Part shown: positions 58,386-64,000 of the stretch, piece after piece
Numbering within the stretch: the first letter of the stretch is position 1
Layout of the letters: the number at the start of each line of letters is the position of its first letter
DNA from: Myxococcales bacterium
GTDB lineage: Bacteria > Myxococcota_A > UBA9042 > JABWCM01 > BTVJ01
Assembly (NCBI GenBank): GCA_045863395.1
Contig: BTVJ01000023.1
Span: forward strand, 32,214 to 96,213
Direction of reading: 5' to 3'
Length of the DNA: 64,000 nucleotides
Made by a program: the position numbers and the translations under genes
The notes under the pieces: model-generated
What the model saw: only the letters and a program-made list of their open reading frames with translations
Told to the model about the DNA's origin: nothing
The model's database searches: none

Positions 58386-59357
58386 ATGACCGACTTCCTC
58401 CCCGACGACCGCGACCTCGTCATCCCTCTGGAAGCCCGCGGTGGCCTCCCCAAGTCTGTCCACCTCCTCGAGCAGGAGCAGGCGCGGGCCGTCAACGCGG
58501 CCCTCGCCACGGGTCGGCCGCTGCTCGTGCGGGGCCTGCCGGGGACGGGCAAGAGTCAGTTTGCGCGCGCCGCCGCCGAGCAGCTCAGGCGGCCGTTCGT
58601 CGCGACGGTGGTGGACGGGCAGACGGAGACGCGGGACCTGCTCTGGACCGTGGACGCCGTGGCCAGGCTGGCACGCGCGCAGGCCATCGGCGCCATGCGT
58701 CCGCAGAGCCTCCACGAAGTGTCTGAAGAGATCGCACCCGAGAAGTTCGTCCAGCCTGGCGCCCTCTGGTGGGCGTTCGATTGGACGGACGCGGAGAATC
58801 AGGCTGAGCGCGGCGGTCCCGGCGCCTGCCTCAGGGTGGTAGACGGCTTCGACACGACGCGCGGGTGCGTCGTGCTGGTCGACGAGATCGACAAGGCGGA
58901 CGCGACCGTGCCCAACGGGCTCCTCGAGGCGCTCGGGAACGGGAGCTTCAACAAGCCCTTCGGAGGGACGGTGACGATGAACCGGGAGACCCCGCCGCTG
59001 GTCGTCGTCACGACCAATGAGGAGCGCGCCTTGCCGGACGCCTTCCTGCGGCGCTGCTTGGTGCTGCACCTGGAGCTGCCGAAGGGCCGGGGCGAGCGCG
59101 TGCGCTACCTGGCGCTCCGCGGGGAGCAACACTTCGAGGGGAAGTGGGGTCCGCTCGTGCAGGAGGCCGCCGAGCTCGTCGCGGACGATTACGCGGCGGC
59201 CCGGCGGGCGGGGAAGAGCCCCCCAGGCGTCGCGGAGTATATCGATCTCGTCCGGGCAGTGGGCTCGCAGCGCAAGGACGAGGTCGGTCAGCGCGACCTG
59301 CTCAAGTTGGTCAAGCAGTTCGCCCTCGAGAAGCACCCGCGCGAGGAGAGGCCGTGA
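58386..59357 (+). CDS. MoxR-type AAA+ ATPase (conflict-system clade)
   Basis: RPLLVRGLPGTGKS, DLLWTVDAVARL, VVLVDEIDKAD..PNGLL, TTNEERALPDAFLRRC. Confidence 0.93.
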   Translation: MTDFLPDDRDLVIPLEARGGLPKSVHLLEQEQARAVNAALATGRPLLVRGLPGTGKSQFARAAAEQLRRPFVATVVDGQTETRDLLWTVDAVARLARAQAIGAMRPQSLHEVSEEIAPEKFVQPGALWWAFDWTDAENQAERGGPGACLRVVDGFDTTRGCVVLVDEIDKADATVPNGLLEALGNGSFNKPFGGTVTMNRETPPLVVVTTNEERALPDAFLRRCLVLHLELPKGRGERVRYLALRGEQHFEGKWGPLVQEAAELVADDYAAARRAGKSPPGVAEYIDLVRAVGSQRKDEVGQRDLLKLVKQFALEKHPREERP

Positions 59358-62197
59358 CCGCGGCGGCGCCCTCGGCCCGGCAGCTCGGCGCCGTGGGGCG
59401 GGCGGACCTCGCACTGCTCCTCGCGCGGGCGAGTGGCGCAGAGGTGGCCGCACAGGCTGCTTTGCTGGGATATGTGCCCATCCCGGCACCTCCTCGTGCT
59501 CGCGAGCATGGCCGCGCTGCCCCAACGGAGCCCGCCATGCCCCTTGCGGAAGGGCCGGCCGTGGTGGCCGAGGCGTCGTTCCCGCCGGTCCCGCTGCTCC
59601 AGCTCGTCGTGTCAGAGCGCCACCCGGAGGTTGCGGTCGCCCCCACTCCTCTCGAAGAGGCGGCCCCGGCCCGGGAGATCGTGGAACCGGATTCCCGCCG
59701 TACCCTCATCGACGCGCTCCCGGGTCCTCCCCTCGCGCCATGGTCGCGTCTCGAGCCAGTGCTGCGGGCCCTGCTCACGTCGGACGGCGCGGGGCGGGGC
59801 GTGGACGTGCCCGCCGTCGTCCGAAGGCTGGCGCGCGTCGAGGAGCTCTCGCGCCTTCCGCGCCGGCGGGCACGGGGCTTCGTCGGGGCCGTGGAGCTGT
59901 GGGACGACCGCTCGCACCGCGTGGCGCCCTTCCGGCACGACGCCGACCGGGTCCGTGACCGCCTCGAGAAGGTCCTGGGCCGCCACGCCGTGCGTCGGCG
60001 CCTTCTGCCGGAGCGGGACCAGCGCCTCGCGGCCTGGGACCATGGCTCCGTCCTCCCGCCCAACCAGATGCCGGTGGCGGGAACGACCGTGCTCGCGCTG
60101 AGCGACCTGGGCCAGTACGGCGACGGTGCCATGCGGCAGGCTTGGCGCCTGACGGCCGGGGCGCTGCGCAGGCGGGGGGTGCGCGTCTGTGCGCTCACGC
60201 CTGTGCCCCCGCATCGGTGGGACGTGGAGGTCGCCGCGGCGTGGCGCGCGGAGGGTTGGGAGCGCCGCCCGGTCGCTGACGCGCCGGATGCCAGGGTGGA
60301 CGCCCGGGCCGAGCGGCTCCTGGCCCTGTGCGCCGCGAGCGCGTGGACGACCCTGGGCATGCTCCGCGAGCTGCGTCTCGCGCTGCCCGCCGCCGAGGCG
60401 GACGCAGGGACGGAGGCCGACGCCTGGAACCACGCGGACGCTCTGACGGGCTGCGCGGTGGCCCTCGTGGTGGCCGCGCCGGCTCGCGACGCGCTGCGCC
60501 GGCGCTTCGCCGATGAGCCGGCAGCGCTGCGGGACCGGGTCGCCCGCATCGTGGAGGAGCGTCACGCGCGCCTGCACCTGCCGGAGCTGCTGCACGGCGA
60601 GACCCTCGTCTGGCTGCACGGCGGCCTGTGCGGCCAGTCCGGCGACGGCAGCGAGGTGCAGCCGCCCGGCGACGTGGAGCAGGCGCGCGCCCTGGTCCAG
60701 CGCTTCGCCCAGATCGCCCGGACCGGGCGGCTCGATGCCGACGCGGTGGCGCAGGTGGCGTGGTACGCAGCAGAGCTCGTCCCCCAGCTCCCCCCCGAAG
60801 CCCTCGCCGACCCGCACATCGGGCGCCCCCTGTCCGTGCTGGCTGCGCTGGCCACACGGGTGAGCCAGCGCCGGCTCCCAGCGGGCCCGGACCCGGCGAC
60901 CGCGCTCCGTGAACTCGGCGGACCGGAGCCGCCGCCGCCCCGCTGGTGGACCCTCCGCCATGTGGGTGACGCGGTCGTGGCACGACCCGGGCCGGGCCCC
61001 TGGGACGTGCGCTCGCCCCTCGGCGGCTCGCCCCTCGGCGGCATCCAGGCGAGGCTACCGCAGCTCGCCGTCCGCGTGGGCGACGGCCCGGTGATGCTCG
61101 TCGCCCTCGACGGCCCGGACCCGGCCATCCGCCTGCCGAGCGCCGTCCGCGTCGAGCTGGTGTCGGACGTGGAGCGGGTCGTCCTCGACGCACTGGAGTG
61201 CCCGGAGTGGGCCGTCGCGGCGGGCCGGGACCGCTACGGCCTGTGGGCGGACGCAGAGATCCGGGGTGTGGTGCAGCGGTTCCGGTGGGTGCCGCCTGGG
61301 ACGTTCCTGATGGGGTCGCCGGAGAGCGAGGAGGGCCGGGGGGAGAACGAGGGCCCGCAGCACGAGGTGACGTTGACGCGCGGGTACTGGTTGGGGGACA
61401 CGCCGGTGACCCAGGCGCTGTGGGAGGCGGTGCGAGGCAGGCAAGCAAACGGGAGTCGCTTTCAGTCCCCGAGTCGGCCTGTTGTGAAAGTTTCTTGGTA
61501 CAAATGCTATGCCTTCTTGAGAGAGTGCGCACGGTTGGCGCCTCAGCTCGCGGCGCGCCTGCCAACTGAGTTCGAATGGGAGTACGCGTGCCGCGCTGGC
61601 GCATCGACAGCCACGTGGCTCGGCGATCTCGACATTCGGGGCGAACACGATGCCCCGCTCCTCGACCGGATCGCTTGGTACGGCGGCAACTGCGGTCGGG
61701 ACTTCATGCTGGCCGATGGGTACGACATCCGCCCCAAGCGCGAGCGACAGTACAACGACGCATTTGGTGGTACGCACGATGTGGCTGGCAAGGCGCCAAA
61801 TCCGCTCGGGCTGTTCGACATGCTCGGAAACGTCTGGGAGTGGTGTTCGGGCTGGCTAACCCAGTACAACGCCACGGCATCCACGGACCCCACCGACACC
61901 ACCACTGGGACAGGGAAGGTTCTACGTGGAGGGGCTTGGCTCGATGCGGCCAGGAACGTTCGGGCGGCGAGCCGGGGCTGGAGCGACCCAGGTTACGGGA
62001 GCAAGGACACAGGTTTCCGCCTGGCCCGAGGTCACGTCCCGGCGGGGCAGGGGCCGGCGGCGCGGACGATGCCCCCCGCGGAGGGCGAGCGGAGCGTTCC
62101 GGGGGCGGGGGGCGGCGTTCGCGCTCCCGGCGGTGGAGGCACAGCGGCGCCTCGGACGAAGCGCCGCCCGGCGACTGATCCGAGGCGAGGGCACTGA
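59354..62197 (+). CDS. vWA-like domain protein fused to C-terminal FGE-sulfatase (CLec-fold) domain
   Basis: GTGA overlap with MoxR; GRADL, DDRSHRVAPF, LALSDLG; FLMGSP, PVTQALW, RLPTEFEWEYACRAG, GNVWEW, RGGAW..GFRLA. Confidence 0.88.
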   Translation: MTAAAPSARQLGAVGRADLALLLARASGAEVAAQAALLGYVPIPAPPRAREHGRAAPTEPAMPLAEGPAVVAEASFPPVPLLQLVVSERHPEVAVAPTPLEEAAPAREIVEPDSRRTLIDALPGPPLAPWSRLEPVLRALLTSDGAGRGVDVPAVVRRLARVEELSRLPRRRARGFVGAVELWDDRSHRVAPFRHDADRVRDRLEKVLGRHAVRRRLLPERDQRLAAWDHGSVLPPNQMPVAGTTVLALSDLGQYGDGAMRQAWRLTAGALRRRGVRVCALTPVPPHRWDVEVAAAWRAEGWERRPVADAPDARVDARAERLLALCAASAWTTLGMLRELRLALPAAEADAGTEADAWNHADALTGCAVALVVAAPARDALRRRFADEPAALRDRVARIVEERHARLHLPELLHGETLVWLHGGLCGQSGDGSEVQPPGDVEQARALVQRFAQIARTGRLDADAVAQVAWYAAELVPQLPPEALADPHIGRPLSVLAALATRVSQRRLPAGPDPATALRELGGPEPPPPRWWTLRHVGDAVVARPGPGPWDVRSPLGGSPLGGIQARLPQLAVRVGDGPVMLVALDGPDPAIRLPSAVRVELVSDVERVVLDALECPEWAVAAGRDRYGLWADAEIRGVVQRFRWVPPGTFLMGSPESEEGRGENEGPQHEVTLTRGYWLGDTPVTQALWEAVRGRQANGSRFQSPSRPVVKVSWYKCYAFLRECARLAPQLAARLPTEFEWEYACRAGASTATWLGDLDIRGEHDAPLLDRIAWYGGNCGRDFMLADGYDIRPKRERQYNDAFGGTHDVAGKAPNPLGLFDMLGNVWEWCSGWLTQYNATASTDPTDTTTGTGKVLRGGAWLDAARNVRAASRGWSDPGYGSKDTGFRLARGHVPAGQGPAARTMPPAEGERSVPGAGGGVRAPGGGGTAAPRTKRRPATDPRRGH
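62060..62124. repeat. Imperfect inverted repeat (hairpin A) downstream of the first CLec variable-like region
   Basis: GCGCGGACGATGCCCCCCGC ... GCGGGGGGCGGCGTTCGCGC. Confidence 0.7.
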
Positions 62198-63042
62198 TGG
62201 CACGGATGATCGACACAGTGCCTGGGCCGCCCGCTCTGCCTGCCGGCCCGCTTCTGCCCCCAGGCCGCCACCCGCTGGCCCCTGGGCTCCCCGAGCCTTG
62301 GGCCGCGGAGTGGGGGCAGGACCGCTACGGTGTCTTCACGGCCTTCGCGGTCGGCGACGTGGTTCAGCGCTTGCGGTGGGTTCCCCCCGGCACGTTCCTG
62401 ATGGGCTCGCCCGAGGGCGAGGAGGGGCGGCGGGACCTCGAAGGACCTCGGAGCCCCGTCACGCTCACGCGCGGCCTGTGGATGGGCGAGACCCCGGTGA
62501 CGCAGGCCCTGTGGAGGGGGGTCATGGACCACAATCCGAGCAGGTTTGAAGAGGACGGAAGGCAGCGACCTGTCGAGTGCGTGAGCTGGGACGACTGCCA
62601 GCACTTCCTAGAGCGGCTCCACCGGGTCGTGCCCGGCCTGCAGCCCCGCCTGCCGACGGAAGCCGAGTGGGAGCGCGCCTGCCGGGCGGGAACGGATGGC
62701 GCGCGCTACGGGAGGCTCGACGAAATCGCGTGGCACGACGGGAACTCCGGCAATGGGACCCGCTCGGTGAAACAGCGGCTTCCGAACGCCCTCGGGCTGT
62801 ACGACATCCTCGGCAACGTGTGGGAGTGGTGCTCGGACTGCCTCGGTCCGTACCCACCAGGCCCTCGGGTCGACCCGGCCAGCGTCTCTCCGGGCTCGAG
62901 GCGGGTCATCCGGGGCGGCTCCTGGAGCAACCCGGCCGGGAACGTCCGGGCGGCCTACCGGAGCGGGTACCCGCCCGGGTTCCGGTTCGAGTTCCTGGGC
63001 TTCCGGCTCGCCCGAGGTCACGACCAGCAGGCCAGCCAGTAG
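62197..63042 (+). CDS. Stand-alone FGE-sulfatase (SUMF1/CLec-fold) domain protein
   Basis: TGATG overlap; GQDRYG, FLMGSP, RLPTEAEWERACRAG, GNVWEW, RGGSW...GFRLA; lacks FGE catalytic cysteines in the C-terminal segment. Confidence 0.92.
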   Translation: MARMIDTVPGPPALPAGPLLPPGRHPLAPGLPEPWAAEWGQDRYGVFTAFAVGDVVQRLRWVPPGTFLMGSPEGEEGRRDLEGPRSPVTLTRGLWMGETPVTQALWRGVMDHNPSRFEEDGRQRPVECVSWDDCQHFLERLHRVVPGLQPRLPTEAEWERACRAGTDGARYGRLDEIAWHDGNSGNGTRSVKQRLPNALGLYDILGNVWEWCSDCLGPYPPGPRVDPASVSPGSRRVIRGGSWSNPAGNVRAAYRSGYPPGFRFEFLGFRLARGHDQQASQ

Positions 63043-63045
63043 GCG

Positions 63046-63110
63046 GCGCAGACGACGGCCCCAGCGGAGGGCCAGCGGAGCGGCCCGGAGCCTGGGGCCG
63101 TCGTTCGCGC
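63046..63110. repeat. Inverted repeat (hairpin B) downstream of the second CLec gene, homologous to hairpin A
   Basis: Perfect 13-bp core ACGACGGCCCCAG (63052-63064) / CTGGGGCCGTCGT (63092-63104); a second 8-bp stem CGGTCGAG/CTCGACCG at 63117-63145. Confidence 0.8.
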
Positions 63111-63283
63111 CGCCCCCGGTCGAGTCTGCTCGGGCGCCTCGACCGCCCGTTTCCAGGCATCCGCCCGTACGCGACCCCCGAGAAGACTCCCCCCGCTGAA
63201 TCCCCGTGGTTGTCCGTGACGGCTGTTGAACCAATGAGCGCTCTCCCGAACCGCACCAGCGGACCGGACCATCACCCAACGCG

Positions 63284-64000
63284 CTACTTCGCCATCCGCC
63301 TGTACCGAGCAACCTTGGCGATGCCCTGCATCCTCAGCTCGTCCCCGAGACCCTGCGCCGTAAGGCCGAGCTTGCGGGCTGCCGCGGTGACGTCTCCTCC
63401 ACACTCCGTCCACGCCGCTCGCAGCGCCTCAGCACTGACCGTGTCCCCGGCCTCTCGCAGAATCTCGCGACGCTGGAGCTCCCTGCGGAGCTGCCCCACG
63501 CTGACGACGATTCCATGCTTCATCTGCAGGCGGTCCACGGTCGCGGCCAGCGAGCGGCCCGGGTCGCGCTCCTCCCATCTCTCCTCGAACAGAGACTCGA
63601 TCTCTGCGCGGTCCAGGTCAACGAGCCCCTTCGATGGCCGCTCGGGTCCTCCGCACGACACCCCCTCGTCTCGGCCCGGCGACGGGGTCTCGCAGAAGGC
63701 CTCCGGCGCGGGCATGGCCCGCGTCCCTCCGAACTCCACCTGCGCGTCCGGGTTCCTCTCGAGAGCGTGGCGATTGAAGGTCCAGAGCCACTCGGCGGCC
63801 GCCCGGAGCTGCCGCACGTTGAGTGGCCAGTCGTAGCGCAGGAGCCGGCACAACAGCTCCGGGGGAACCAGAGGGCTCTCGCGGGAGGTGAGGCGGCCCA
63901 CGTCATACCCCGAGGAGGATGCCGCCTGCCGCAGGAAGTGCCAGAATGTTGACGCGCATCGGAAACCGCGCAAATCACAGCACGCCGGAGGGGGACTGGC
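63284..64000 (-). CDS. C-terminal part of a sigma54-dependent activator-like (bEBP/Fis-HTH) protein, truncated by the window edge
   Basis: HFL, LLRYDWPLNVRQL (sensor II-like), GGDVTAAARKLGL Fis-type HTH; frame open to window end. Confidence 0.75.
   Translation of the reverse strand, partial: ASPPPACCDLRGFRCASTFWHFLRQAASSSGYDVGRLTSRESPLVPPELLCRLLRYDWPLNVRQLRAAAEWLWTFNRHALERNPDAQVEFGGTRAMPAPEAFCETPSPGRDEGVSCGGPERPSKGLVDLDRAEIESLFEERWEERDPGRSLAATVDRLQMKHGIVVSVGQLRRELQRREILREAGDTVSAEALRAAWTECGGDVTAAARKLGLTAQGLGDELRMQGIAKVARYRRMAK

Noticed and set aside
61925..63022. The two CLec ends as a TR/VR pair of each other
   Set aside because: Both are coding and they differ at many non-adenine and synonymous positions.
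59354..63042. FGE domains as true formylglycine-generating enzymes
   Set aside because: Catalytic cysteine motif absent, no sulfatase nearby, and the context points to a CLec binding role.
63043..63283. Possible DGR template repeat downstream of the CLec genes
   Set aside because: No AAC-rich copy of the variable region here or elsewhere that I could see, and no reverse transcriptase ORF in the window.

Overview
Very GC-rich bacterial DNA, most likely Myxococcota or a related deltaproteobacterium (inferred from the many Cys-rich lipoproteins, a MYXO-CTERM-like tail, a Hanks kinase/FHA pair and a Uma2 nuclease). Positions 1-50.5 kb hold housekeeping and envelope genes: kinase, FHA protein, radical SAM, response regulator, FadL, glyQ-glyS-ppdK plus two beta-propeller lipoproteins, a decayed vapBC-type TA pair, VOC, ABC exporter, beta-lactamase-like hydrolase, SLC13 permease, GNAT, penicillin-acylase-family protein, an extended SDR, a divergent homologue of plant cycloeucalenol cycloisomerase (CPI1), a ferritin-like protein, a GH13 lipoprotein and uvrB. 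Positions 51-64 kb look like an accessory island. A sigma54 promoter precedes four unknown envelope proteins. These are followed by a vWA-MoxR ternary conflict-type system (pseudo-trypsin adaptor, MoxR AAA+, vWA-FGE/CLec fusion, stand-alone FGE/CLec) and a convergent sigma54-activator-like gene. Both CLec C-termini resemble remote targets of a diversity-generating retroelement (DGR): NNC codons at variable positions, a shared 13-nt IMH-like motif and a downstream hairpin with compensatory changes. No template repeat or reverse transcriptase is visible in the window. No rRNA, tRNA or CRISPR array was recognised. All family assignments are by eye from motifs; no database searches were run.
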